Assembly: GCF_000025665.1 (NCBI RefSeq)
Contig: NC_013926.1
Span: 1,200,001-1,232,000 of the forward strand
Length of the DNA: 32,000 nt
Reading direction: 5' to 3'
From: Aciduliprofundum boonei T469
Lineage (GTDB): Archaea; Thermoplasmatota; Thermoplasmata; Thermoplasmatales; Aciduliprofundaceae
Made by a program: the position numbers and the translations under genes. The notes under the pieces were generated by a model. That model searched no databases. It worked only from the letters and a program-made list of their open reading frames with translations, and had not been told where the DNA came from. The first letter of the stretch is position 1, and each line of letters begins with the position of its first letter. This document shows, in pieces, positions 17,625 to 26,568 of the stretch.

Positions 17625-18392
17625 ATGAAAGTTGATTTGAATGCGGACCTTGGAGAGAGTTTCAGCATCTACAAAATTGGAAATGATACGGAGATTATGA
17701 ATTATATCACCTCTGCAAATATTGCCTGTGGATGGCATGGTGGAGACCCCATTGTTATGAGAGAGACAGTTAAGTGGGCAAAGGAGAAGAATGTGGCAAT
17801 TGGTGCTCATCCAAGCTACCCTGATAGATTGGGGTTTGGAAGAAGGTACATGAAAATAAGTTCTGATGAGGCTAAAAACTATGTTATATATCAAATAGGT
17901 GCATTGTATGGATTTGTTAAAGCAGAATCACTGAAAATACAGCATGTCAAACCACATGGAGCTTTGTACAACGCGATGGTTAGAGATGAAGATCTTGCAA
18001 GGGGAATTATTGAGGGAATTTTAGAATTTGATAAAGAACTAATATTTGTAGGCCCTTCTAACTCGAAAATTATGGATATAGCAGAGGATATGGGCTTAAG
18101 AGTTGCACATGAAGTATTTGCTGACAGAGCTTACAATTCAGATGGAACCTTAGTGCCGCGAGGCAGGCCTAGGGCTGTCATAGAGGATAAAGAGGAAATT
18201 GCAAGAAGAGTCATCTCAATCGTCAAGGATGGGGGAGTAAAAGCAATTGATGGGAAATGGGTTGAGTTAAGGGCAGATACAATTTGCATCCACGGTGATA
18301 ATCCAAATGCGGTTGAAATAGTCAAGTATTTAAGAAGGGTATTGGATAAAGAGTGCATAGATGTGGTCTCTATGGGAGAGTTTATAAAATGA
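17625..18392 (+). CDS. pxpA: 5-oxoprolinase subunit A (LamB/YcsF family)
   Basis: [13 protein letters not shown]...[12 protein letters not shown]...[10 protein letters not shown] are LamB/YcsF hallmark motifs. Confidence 0.9.
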   Translation: MKVDLNADLGESFSIYKIGNDTEIMNYITSANIACGWHGGDPIVMRETVKWAKEKNVAIGAHPSYPDRLGFGRRYMKISSDEAKNYVIYQIGALYGFVKAESLKIQHVKPHGALYNAMVRDEDLARGIIEGILEFDKELIFVGPSNSKIMDIAEDMGLRVAHEVFADRAYNSDGTLVPRGRPRAVIEDKEEIARRVISIVKDGGVKAIDGKWVELRADTICIHGDNPNAVEIVKYLRRVLDKECIDVVSMGEFIK

Positions 18393-19054
18393 TAAGAGCA
18401 GCAGGAGATTCTGCCCTGATCATAAATCTTGGAAATGAGATAGATGAGGAGATAAATAAAAGAGTGCACGCTATCGCCAGAAGAATAGAAGAGGAAAGAA
18501 TAGTAGGAATAAAAGAGGTTGTGCCCACTTACACATCTATCTATGTTTATTATGATCCTCTAATTGTTAGCTACGATAAATTGAAATTCCTTCTAAAAAA
18601 TTATCTTATAGAAGAACCAAGGACGATGAATGGAAAAATTGTAGAGATCCCTGTAATATATGGAGGAAAATATGGACCAGATATTGAATTTGTGGCAAGT
18701 TATAATGGATTGAGTGTGGATGATGTTATAGAGCTCCACACCAAGCCGCTTTACAGAGTATATATGCTTGGCTTCCTTCCTGGATTTGCATACCTTGGTG
18801 GAATGGATGAGAGAATCGCAACACCTCGCTTAGAAAATCCGAGGAAAAGAGTGCCTGCTGGAAGTGTGGGTATTGCAGGAAAGCAAACTGGATGGTACGC
18901 TATTGAGAGCCCCGGTGGATGGAGAATAATTGGAAGAACTCCTCTAAGAACATTCAACCCTTCAAAAGAACCTCCCAGTATAGTTTTGCCTGGGGATTAT
19001 GTAAAATTTAAGGCAATTGATGAGGATAATGCCGAGGAGTACGATGGAAAATGA
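18389..19054 (+). CDS. pxpB: 5-oxoprolinase subunit B (KipI / allophanate hydrolase subunit 1 family)
   Basis: Cyclophilin-like KipI domain ([13 protein letters not shown]..., [40 protein letters not shown]). ATGA overlap with pxpA at 18389. The track start at 18353 is too long. Confidence 0.88.
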   Translation: MIRAAGDSALIINLGNEIDEEINKRVHAIARRIEEERIVGIKEVVPTYTSIYVYYDPLIVSYDKLKFLLKNYLIEEPRTMNGKIVEIPVIYGGKYGPDIEFVASYNGLSVDDVIELHTKPLYRVYMLGFLPGFAYLGGMDERIATPRLENPRKRVPAGSVGIAGKQTGWYAIESPGGWRIIGRTPLRTFNPSKEPPSIVLPGDYVKFKAIDEDNAEEYDGK

Positions 19055-20040
19055 TTAAAATAATTGAAGCTGCAGGCCTATCCATACAAGATTTGGGAAG
19101 GGAGGGATACCAAAAATATGGAGTGCCTGTGGGGGGGGTTATGGATAGATACTCTGCAGTTATAACCAACTACCTTGTTGGAAATGAGAAAAATGCACCA
19201 CTCTTGGAATTCTTCATGGGTAGCCTAAAAATAAAATTCCTTCGAGATTCAATTTTTGCTGTGGGTGCTAATTCAGAGGTTAAATTAAATGGGGAGAAAA
19301 TAGAGGCATGGGAAGCACATATGGGAAAAAAGGGAGATGTGCTAGAAATATCACAACCGAAAAGTGGAGTATACGGATATCTTTCTTTTCAAGGCGGTTT
19401 GAAGTGTCAGAAAGTGTTTGGAAGTTGCTCCACATATCCGCAGGCAGGTTGGGGCAGGTATCTAAAAAAGGGAGAGGTTATAGAACTCAAATATCTAACA
19501 AACAGATTTCCTAAGAGAAGAGAGTTGCCTGAAGAATTGATTCCAAAATATGATAGAAATCCAAAAATAAGGTTGATTTTAGGGCCCCAACTAGAGCATT
19601 TCAGCAAAGAGGGAATAAGAACTTTTCTAAGCAATGAGTACATTGTCACGGAGGAATCCAGCAGGATGGGTTATAGATTAGATGGACCAAGAATAGAGCA
19701 TTCAGAAATGGGGGCGGATATAATTAGTGATGCGATTCCACTGGGCTCAATTCAAGTGCCGGAAAGTGGCAAGCCGATAATTATGCTTGCAGATCATCAA
19801 ACTACAGGAGGTTATGCAAAAATAGGAGTTGTAATATCTGCCGACATCTCAAAGGTAGCTCAAACTCCAATTGGGGGGAAAATTAGATTCCAAGAAGTTA
19901 GCGTGGAAAAGGCTCAAATGATATGGAAGAGAACCTGCAATACTTTACAAAATATAAAAAGGTATTTGGAGGGGAAAATAAGGGCTTTGAGAGTAAAGGT
20001 GAACGATGAGAGTTTGTTAGCATTTGTGGAAGAAATTTAG
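19051..20040 (+). CDS. pxpC: 5-oxoprolinase subunit C (KipA / allophanate hydrolase subunit 2 family)
   Basis: KipA-type sequence (SIQDLGREGYQKYGVPVGGVMD..., SSRMGYRLDG, GSIQVPESGKPIIMLADHQTTGGYAKIG). ATGA overlap with pxpB. Confidence 0.88.
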   Translation: MIKIIEAAGLSIQDLGREGYQKYGVPVGGVMDRYSAVITNYLVGNEKNAPLLEFFMGSLKIKFLRDSIFAVGANSEVKLNGEKIEAWEAHMGKKGDVLEISQPKSGVYGYLSFQGGLKCQKVFGSCSTYPQAGWGRYLKKGEVIELKYLTNRFPKRRELPEELIPKYDRNPKIRLILGPQLEHFSKEGIRTFLSNEYIVTEESSRMGYRLDGPRIEHSEMGADIISDAIPLGSIQVPESGKPIIMLADHQTTGGYAKIGVVISADISKVAQTPIGGKIRFQEVSVEKAQMIWKRTCNTLQNIKRYLEGKIRALRVKVNDESLLAFVEEI

Positions 20041-20693
20041 TACTTCCTCGGACCAAATATGCCCGTGCCTATACGCACAATATTTGTTCCCTCTTCTACC
20101 GCAACTCTCCAGGTATTGGTCATACCCATTGATAAATACTTTATTTGTTCGTCTCCATAGATATACCGCAACTCATCAAATATTTCCTTAGTATTGCGAA
20201 AATACGGCCTTATCTCCTCTGGCTCATCCACCACAGGGCCCATTGTCATCACACCCATAAGTCGCAGATGCTCCAATGAGTATATTTCATCTGCCAGATC
20301 AAGAGCATATTCAGGCATAACTCCTGCCTTCTGAGGCTCCCTTGCAGAGTTTATCTCAATCATAACAAAGGCAATTTTCTCCATATTTTTCGCTCTTTTA
20401 TCTATCTCCTTTGCAAGCTCAACATTATCAACTGTCTCAATAACATCAAAAATTTGCAAAGCTTTTTTCACCTTGTTCTTCTGCAAATGCCCAATAAAAT
20501 GCCATTCCACCTTATTTCCTATTTTTTCATATTTTTGCAGGGCTTCCTGAACATAGTTCTCTCCTATCAAATCAACTCCAGCATTTATAGCCTCTAAAAT
20601 CTCCTCCACAGTTCTTGATTTTGTGGCCGCTAATAACCGAACCCCCGGAGGCAATTCTTGGATAATCTTGATTACATTTTCAGATATGTTCAT
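20037..20693 (-). CDS. yggS: YggS/PLPBP-family PLP-binding (PLP homeostasis) protein
   Basis: Alanine-racemase N-terminal TIM-barrel fold, single domain of 218 aa. LLAATKSRT (PLP Lys), HFIGHLQKNKVKK, LSMGMTNTWRVAVEEGTNIVRIGTGIFG. Confidence 0.88.
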   Translation of the reverse strand: MNISENVIKIIQELPPGVRLLAATKSRTVEEILEAINAGVDLIGENYVQEALQKYEKIGNKVEWHFIGHLQKNKVKKALQIFDVIETVDNVELAKEIDKRAKNMEKIAFVMIEINSAREPQKAGVMPEYALDLADEIYSLEHLRLMGVMTMGPVVDEPEEIRPYFRNTKEIFDELRYIYGDEQIKYLSMGMTNTWRVAVEEGTNIVRIGTGIFGPRKY

Positions 20694-20837
20694 TGAATCA
20701 TCATTCCATTAAGAGATTAAAAACTTTCTAAAATAAAAAGAAGGGGGAGGGTGTGTCATCGTGAGTTGTGAGCATTTGAAAAATTCTAGGTATACTTATA
20801 AAATTTTTCATTCAAATCTAAGTCCTTGATTTTTAAA

Positions 20838-20868
20838 TGAAATAAAAGAGATTAAAAATTAAAAGAGG
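20838..20868 (-). terminator. Oligo-T termination tracts downstream of pcp
   Basis: About 20 nt after the pcp stop, the minus strand reads CTCTTTTAATTTTTAATCTCTTTTATTTC, with several T4-T5 runs. Confidence 0.45.
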
Positions 20869-20888
20869 AATGTTTCTTTATTGAAAAT

Positions 20889-21524
20889 TCAAGAGAACTT
20901 TTCAACTGCAACATTTATGGCGATTTTTATAGCCTCTATTTCCATATCCAAACACATACTTGGGGTGCTCTTCCCAAGCAAGAAATATCTATTCACCACT
21001 TGGTCCGGAGTGTATGGGATGTGTATAAACCCTGCGCTCTTGGGATAACCATGATCGGATGCATAGTGCAATACTTTGAAAAGTGCGTAATTACATAGAT
21101 AGGTGCCTGCACTGTACGATAGAACTGCCGGAATGCCATTCTTCTTCAATTCTTCAACTATTTCCCTTGTTGGCAATGTGGCAAGATAGGCTAAGGGTGC
21201 ATCCTCAACGATTGGCATATCCATGGGTTGCTCTCCATCATTATCAGGTATCCTTGCATCCACCAGATTCAAGCCCACTCGCTCTACCGTTATACTTGTA
21301 TATGTTGGTGCCAGTCCCAAGCTTATAACTACATCGGGCTTCAATTCATATAGAACTTTGTCTATCTCGGGACCTGCACGCTTTACGGATACAGGTAAAA
21401 TTTTTCCATACACCTTTGCATTTTTTATTCTCTTTCCTTCAAGGGCGGCAACAATATCCATAGTGGGATTTTTCTTATGCCCTCCAAATGGCTCGTATCC
21501 CGTGAGAAGAACTTTTATTGGCAT
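20889..21524 (-). CDS. pcp: Pyrrolidone-carboxylate peptidase (pyroglutamyl peptidase I)
   Basis: [18 protein letters not shown]-terminus, catalytic Cys context SAGTYLCNY, His context GFIHIP. 211 aa. Confidence 0.93.
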   Translation of the reverse strand: MPIKVLLTGYEPFGGHKKNPTMDIVAALEGKRIKNAKVYGKILPVSVKRAGPEIDKVLYELKPDVVISLGLAPTYTSITVERVGLNLVDARIPDNDGEQPMDMPIVEDAPLAYLATLPTREIVEELKKNGIPAVLSYSAGTYLCNYALFKVLHYASDHGYPKSAGFIHIPYTPDQVVNRYFLLGKSTPSMCLDMEIEAIKIAINVAVEKFS

Positions 21525-21621
21525 ATTCGGGTATTGTTTTGCTTGCTTATAAACCCTTTTTAGGAGAATACTTTTATATTTTTTACTCCCTTTACCTAAA
21601 TAATTGGGAGGAAATTTTTAA
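21525..21621. promoter_or_regulatory. Divergent promoter region, pcp (minus strand) / ABC exporter (plus strand)
   Basis: Minus-strand TTTATAAG (plus-strand coordinates 21546-21553) is centred about 26 nt upstream of the pcp ATG, suggesting a leaderless transcript. Plus-strand CTTTTATATTTTTT (21571-21584) is followed by GGGAGG (21606-21611) ahead of ATG 21622. Confidence 0.45.
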
Positions 21622-23340
21622 ATGAGAACAATGAAGCAGCTAGGCAGGCTCTTAACCTATTTGCGTACCCATGCAATTCATTTCTCACTTGGATTGCTAA
21701 TAGTTGTTCTTATGGCATATACCAGCGGGATTATACCAATACTTATAAAAAACGCAATTGACAAGGGCATTAGCACAGGGAATTATAGCATAGCCATATA
21801 CTATTCCCTCTTAATTCTTCTCTTTGGCGTGTTAAACGGAATGTTTAGTTTTTCTGGAAGATATTTACTTATTAAATCTGCCCAGTACGCAGTATACCAT
21901 TTGAGAATGGACACTTTCAGGGCAATACAGAGACAGGAGATGGAGTTTTTCGACAAAACTTTCTCTGGACAGTTAATAAGCAGAATAACCAATGACACAG
22001 AGAGAATAACCAGATTTCTTTCTTTTCGGATTAGAATGTTTGTTTATTCTATTTTCCTTATTGGAATTTCTCTATACTATATGTTTGGAATGAATATTTT
22101 GCTAACTGGAATTGCATTGGGTACCATAGCAATTGTAGTTGCATTGAACGCAAGTTATGCAATAAAAGTTAGGCCAATTTACGATAGAATAAGGCACCAA
22201 ACAGGCACAATAGCATCGATAGCAACCCAATCAATTGCTGGAGTAAAGACAATAAAATCTTTATCAGTAGAAGAAAATATAAAAGATAAGTTTTCCAAAG
22301 AAAATAACTATCTCTATTCCCTCAATATTGATGCCACAAAAATAACAGCCCTCTATGGAAACGCCCCATTCTTGGTACTCGGGATTGCAATGAGTGTAAT
22401 GTTTTACTATGGAGGAATGGCAATTATGGGAAACACGCTAACTGTTGGAGAGCTTGTTGCTTTTCTCACATACATGCTAACCCTGATGTGGCCCCTAAGG
22501 GCGCTGGGATTCACAATAGGAGATATCCAGAGAAGTCTCGCTGCGGCCTCTAGATTATTTGAGGTTATAGATTCAGCTCCAGAGAGTATAGATTCTCCTG
22601 ATGCAATTGAACTTATGAATCCGAAAGGAAAGATAGAATTCAAAAATGTGTGGTTAAAGTATCATACTGGAAAAATGGCACTTCGAGGTTTGAACTTTAA
22701 AATAAACGCTGAAGAGAGAATCTTAATAACAGGGCCCCCTGGCTCTGGGAAAAGCACGATTTTAAAGCTTATCGCTAGATTTTATAAGCCAGAAAGAGGA
22801 AAAGTGCTGATAGACGGTATAGATATAAGAAAGATAAAGAGCAAGAATTTTAGGAAAATTGTTGCATATGTACCACAAGAACCTTTCATATTCAACAGAA
22901 GTATAAGGGAGAACATAGCACTGGCAAAACCAGATGCCTCTTTAGAAGAGATAATCAAAGCTGCAAAGACAGCAAAAATACACGATTTCATCTCATCCCT
23001 CCCACAAGGTTACGAAACGGTTGTGGGTGAAAAGGGAGTAACTCTTTCAGGGGGTGAAAGACAGAGAATAGGCATTGCGAGGGCATTACTTTCTGAGCCA
23101 AAGATAATATTACTGGACGATCCAGTTTCTAATCTAGATGCTCACACAGAGAGCAGTTTGGTTGAAGATTTAAGAGATATTCTAAGGGGTAAGACAGCAG
23201 TTATTGTATCACAGAGGCTTTCCCTCGCAAAACTGGTAGATAGAGTCATGGTAGTCAAAGATGGGAGAATAATAGAAGATGAGAATATAAAAGAGGGAAA
23301 AATGTACAGAGATATGCTCTGGGCAGGTGAGGGAAAGTGA
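21622..23340 (+). CDS. ABC exporter half-transporter (TMD-NBD), subunit with degenerate ATPase site
   Basis: Six-TM exporter domain plus an NBD. Walker A GPPGSGKST, signature LSGGERQR. Walker B is IILLDD followed by D (GAT 23119-23121) instead of the catalytic Glu. H-loop position is Gln (SQRLS, CAG 23212-23214). Confidence 0.92.
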   Translation: MRTMKQLGRLLTYLRTHAIHFSLGLLIVVLMAYTSGIIPILIKNAIDKGISTGNYSIAIYYSLLILLFGVLNGMFSFSGRYLLIKSAQYAVYHLRMDTFRAIQRQEMEFFDKTFSGQLISRITNDTERITRFLSFRIRMFVYSIFLIGISLYYMFGMNILLTGIALGTIAIVVALNASYAIKVRPIYDRIRHQTGTIASIATQSIAGVKTIKSLSVEENIKDKFSKENNYLYSLNIDATKITALYGNAPFLVLGIAMSVMFYYGGMAIMGNTLTVGELVAFLTYMLTLMWPLRALGFTIGDIQRSLAAASRLFEVIDSAPESIDSPDAIELMNPKGKIEFKNVWLKYHTGKMALRGLNFKINAEERILITGPPGSGKSTILKLIARFYKPERGKVLIDGIDIRKIKSKNFRKIVAYVPQEPFIFNRSIRENIALAKPDASLEEIIKAAKTAKIHDFISSLPQGYETVVGEKGVTLSGGERQRIGIARALLSEPKIILLDDPVSNLDAHTESSLVEDLRDILRGKTAVIVSQRLSLAKLVDRVMVVKDGRIIEDENIKEGKMYRDMLWAGEGK

Positions 23341-25067
23341 AGGATAAATCATCTTATTCCCTTCTAAAAAGATTCATTAAAGAGGCAATATATGAGAAGA
23401 GAACTCTTGCAATAGTAACTATAACTATAATAGGTTCTGCCATAGCAAATATAGCCTCACCTTACATCCTTAGTGTTGCCATAGATAATTACATAATTCC
23501 CGGAAGATATGCACAGTTTTGGCTCATAGCCGTCCTATACCTTTTAGCCCTAGTTTCTCAGTGGCTTTTTGCAACGCTTCAAACTTTTTACACAGAAGTT
23601 TTTGGTCAGAAAGTTCTAAAGAACTTAAGAAGAATGTTACATGATAAAATGCTTGTTTCAAATTTAAATTTCTTTAAAGATAAGTCCACAGGAGATCTCG
23701 TATCAAGGATTATCAACGATACAAATGTTATTAACGATGTCCTGGTTTCAGGATTATTAGGAGGACTTAGTAGCTTGTTAAGCTTGAGCGGTATAGTAAT
23801 AGCCATGCTATTTTTAGATGTAAAACTGACATTAGTGACTCTTTCAAGTGTGCCCATAATGGTGCTCATCGCCCTATACTTTGGGGGAAGAATGAGGAGC
23901 GCGTATAGGGATACAAGGCAAAAGATAGCGAAAATTTCCAGTGTGGTAGAAGAGAGTGTGGCAGGAATAGAAACCATAAGATCCTTTGGTAAAGAGGAAG
24001 ATACGGAAAAGGAATTTTCAAAGGCATCTACGGAGACAATAAAAGCATATCTGCGTGTAGCCGTATATATGGGCATATTCTGGCCCTTAATGAACATAGC
24101 AAGTCTTCTTTCAGTCATCGTAGTGATAGCCTATGGTGGATATCAAGCATACTTGGGAGCTGTAAGCATAGGTGTGGTTGTGGCATTTATCCAGTATGCG
24201 CAGAGATTTCGTGGGCCTATAAACAATGTGGTAAGCATGTACGATAGTCTACAATCTGCCCTAGCAGCTCTTGAAAGAACCTATGAAGTGCTGGATGATG
24301 AGAATGTAGAGGAATATGAAGGTATTCATATAGAAAAGATAAAAGAGCGTATAGAGTTTCGTAATGTTTGGTTTGAATATGAAAAAGGTAGGCCTGTGCT
24401 CAAGGACATTAACCTAGTAATACCTGCTGGTTCTAAAATAGCTTTGGTTGGCAAGACCGGTGCTGGAAAGACCACAGTTGCGAGCCTGCTCATGCGATTC
24501 TACGATCCTACCAGTGGGAGTTTATTTTACGATGAAATTGAGGGAAGGGAGATAAGCAGAAGGAGCTTAAGAAAAAGAATAGGATATGTACCACAAGAAA
24601 CTTACCTGTTTCCAGGAACCATTATGGAGAATATAAGCATGGCAAATCCAGATGCTAGCAAGGAAGATATTATAAAAGTATGTAGAGAGCTGGGAGTCCA
24701 TGATTTTATAATGAAACTTCCGAAGGGATACAAAACAACTGCAGGGGAGGCTGGAAAGTTGCTCTCGGTTGGAGAGAAACAGCTAATCTCACTGGCAAGG
24801 GCATTGCTTAAAGACCCAGATGTAGTAATCTTAGACGAGGCTCTCTCAAGTATAGACCCAAAGACTGAGAGATTAGTACAGGATGCCATGCTAAAATTGA
24901 TGAATGGAAGAACAAGCATAATAATAGCTCATCGCCTTTCTATAGTGAAGTATGTGGATAATATTGTAGTTATTGATGAGGGAAAAATAGTGGAAAAAGG
25001 TTCTTTAGATGAGCTCTTAAGCAAGGAAGGTTACTTTTATAAGCTTTATACTTCCCAGCATAGTTGA
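23337..25067 (+). CDS. ABC exporter half-transporter (TMD-NBD), subunit with consensus ATPase site
   Basis: Walker A GKTGAGKTT, Walker B VVILDE with canonical Glu, H-loop AHRLS. The signature is non-canonical, LSVGEKQ (24762-24782). GTG start overlaps the upstream stop (GTGA). Confidence 0.92.
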   Translation: MKDKSSYSLLKRFIKEAIYEKRTLAIVTITIIGSAIANIASPYILSVAIDNYIIPGRYAQFWLIAVLYLLALVSQWLFATLQTFYTEVFGQKVLKNLRRMLHDKMLVSNLNFFKDKSTGDLVSRIINDTNVINDVLVSGLLGGLSSLLSLSGIVIAMLFLDVKLTLVTLSSVPIMVLIALYFGGRMRSAYRDTRQKIAKISSVVEESVAGIETIRSFGKEEDTEKEFSKASTETIKAYLRVAVYMGIFWPLMNIASLLSVIVVIAYGGYQAYLGAVSIGVVVAFIQYAQRFRGPINNVVSMYDSLQSALAALERTYEVLDDENVEEYEGIHIEKIKERIEFRNVWFEYEKGRPVLKDINLVIPAGSKIALVGKTGAGKTTVASLLMRFYDPTSGSLFYDEIEGREISRRSLRKRIGYVPQETYLFPGTIMENISMANPDASKEDIIKVCRELGVHDFIMKLPKGYKTTAGEAGKLLSVGEKQLISLARALLKDPDVVILDEALSSIDPKTERLVQDAMLKLMNGRTSIIIAHRLSIVKYVDNIVVIDEGKIVEKGSLDELLSKEGYFYKLYTSQHS

Positions 25068-25080
25068 ATCTGAGTCATTA

Positions 25081-25794
25081 TTAATGCATATATCTCCCGC
25101 CATTGATATCTATTATTGTACCATTGAGATAATCATTTTCAAGCAAGAATATTACTGCATGGGCGATTTCATCAGGCTTGGCTACCCTTCCAAGGGGGGT
25201 TAATTTTGAAAGCTCTTTCTTTTTCTCCTCACTGAGAAGCCCAGTATCAACAGGCCCGGGAGCCACACCGTTCACCAATATATTAGGAGCAAGCTGAGAA
25301 GCCAGAGCAAAAGTCAACCCGATTAATCCTGCTTTAGATGCGGCATAATGCACTCCAACTGTGCCACCATTTCTTCCTGCTATGGACGCTATATTCACAA
25401 TCTTTCCATTCTTCATATACTTTGTAACTTCCTGTGTTACAATGAATGCGCCTTTTAGATTTGTATCAAGAACCTCATCCCACTCATTATCATCAATCTC
25501 ATCAAATTTTGAATGCTTTCCTAGAATTCCTGCATTGTTTATGAGCACATCAATTCTCCCAAATTCATCCATTATTCTTTTAACTCCTTCTCTCACCTCA
25601 TCTCTTTTTGAAACATCAAATTTTATTGTTATTGCTCTACCTCCAATTTCATCGATCATTTTCTTTGTTTCCTCTGCCTTATCTTCATTTTTTCTGTAAT
25701 TAATTGCAACGGAATATCCTCTTTTTGCGAGTGCCAAGCTTATAGCCCTGCCAATCCCTCTATCTCCTCCAGTAACCAAAGCAACCCTTTCCAT
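25081..25794 (-). CDS. Short-chain dehydrogenase/reductase (FabG-like)
   Basis: TGGDRGIGRA cofactor motif, NNAG, catalytic YxxxK (YAASKAG). The track start at 25812 is TTG; ATGs occur at 25806 and 25794, and 25794 has GGTGA 4 nt upstream. Confidence 0.88.
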   Translation of the reverse strand: MERVALVTGGDRGIGRAISLALAKRGYSVAINYRKNEDKAEETKKMIDEIGGRAITIKFDVSKRDEVREGVKRIMDEFGRIDVLINNAGILGKHSKFDEIDDNEWDEVLDTNLKGAFIVTQEVTKYMKNGKIVNIASIAGRNGGTVGVHYAASKAGLIGLTFALASQLAPNILVNGVAPGPVDTGLLSEEKKKELSKLTPLGRVAKPDEIAHAVIFLLENDYLNGTIIDINGGRYMH

Positions 25795-25912
25795 ACTCTC
25801 ACCCATCCTCAATTAATTAAGAGATTCTTAAATTTTTCTCAAAACTTAATTATACACTTTTGTACCACAAATATTTTTATACAAACCCGTATACCCAAAC
25901 AAGGTGATTTAA

Positions 25913-26563
25913 ATGGGATATATACAGGATAAAGATAAAAAATATCTCAAGGGAGAGTTCGATAAAAATTTGAAAGAAGATGTTTACATCCTCGTGTTTG
26001 TGGGGGATAACTGCCAGTACTGCGGTGTGGCGTCTGCCATTGCACAGGAAGTAGCAGAGCTTCATCCAAAGATACATTTTGAAGAGCATAGAATAGGAGA
26101 TGATCTCTCAGAGGAGTACGGGTTGAAGAACGCCCCCACAGTGGTCATAACGGATAAAGAAAAGTATGGGGGTAGGATAAGATATGTTGGTTTACCCTCA
26201 GGATATGAATTCTCCTCAATGATAGAGGATATAATTGATGTCTCAAGAAGAACTGCTGAGGTTTCACAAGAAGTTCTTGAAAAACTTATGAAGATAGACA
26301 AGCCTATCATAATTCAGATATTCGTCACGCCAACCTGTCCTTATTGTCCGAGAGCTGTCAGAACATCCCATAGGTTTGCGATACTCAACGAGAATATAAC
26401 TGGAGAGATGGTTGAAGCAATGGAATTTCCAGAATGGGCTGATAAGTGGAAGGTTATGAGCGTACCCCACATAGTTATTAACGAAGATGTGCAGTTCATA
26501 GGCGCATATCCCGATGAGCAGTATATAGAGTATGTTATCCAGGCCTATGAGAAGATGAGGTGA
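25913..26563 (+). CDS. Protein disulfide oxidoreductase (two thioredoxin-fold units, PfPDO-like glutaredoxin-like protein)
   Basis: Two CxxC sites: CQYC (26012-26023) in the N-terminal unit and CPYC (26336-26347) in the C-terminal unit. About 216 aa. AGGTGAT SD lies 4 nt upstream. Confidence 0.88.
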   Translation: MGYIQDKDKKYLKGEFDKNLKEDVYILVFVGDNCQYCGVASAIAQEVAELHPKIHFEEHRIGDDLSEEYGLKNAPTVVITDKEKYGGRIRYVGLPSGYEFSSMIEDIIDVSRRTAEVSQEVLEKLMKIDKPIIIQIFVTPTCPYCPRAVRTSHRFAILNENITGEMVEAMEFPEWADKWKVMSVPHIVINEDVQFIGAYPDEQYIEYVIQAYEKMR

Positions 26564-26568
26564 GGACC

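Noticed and set aside
19131-19138. G8 homopolymer inside pxpC (codes VGGV)
   Set aside because: It is unusual for an AT-rich genome and a potential slippage or sequencing-error site. However, the reading frame is intact through it and it encodes part of the KipA-type N-terminal region (KYGVPVGGVMD). There is no evidence of phase variation.
20680-20712. C-box-like ATGATGA followed 14 nt later by CTGA on the minus strand at the yggS start (possible C/D-box sRNA)
   Set aside because: I found no second C'/D pair or terminal stem, and the motif straddles the yggS start codon. It is most likely a chance match in AT-rich sequence.
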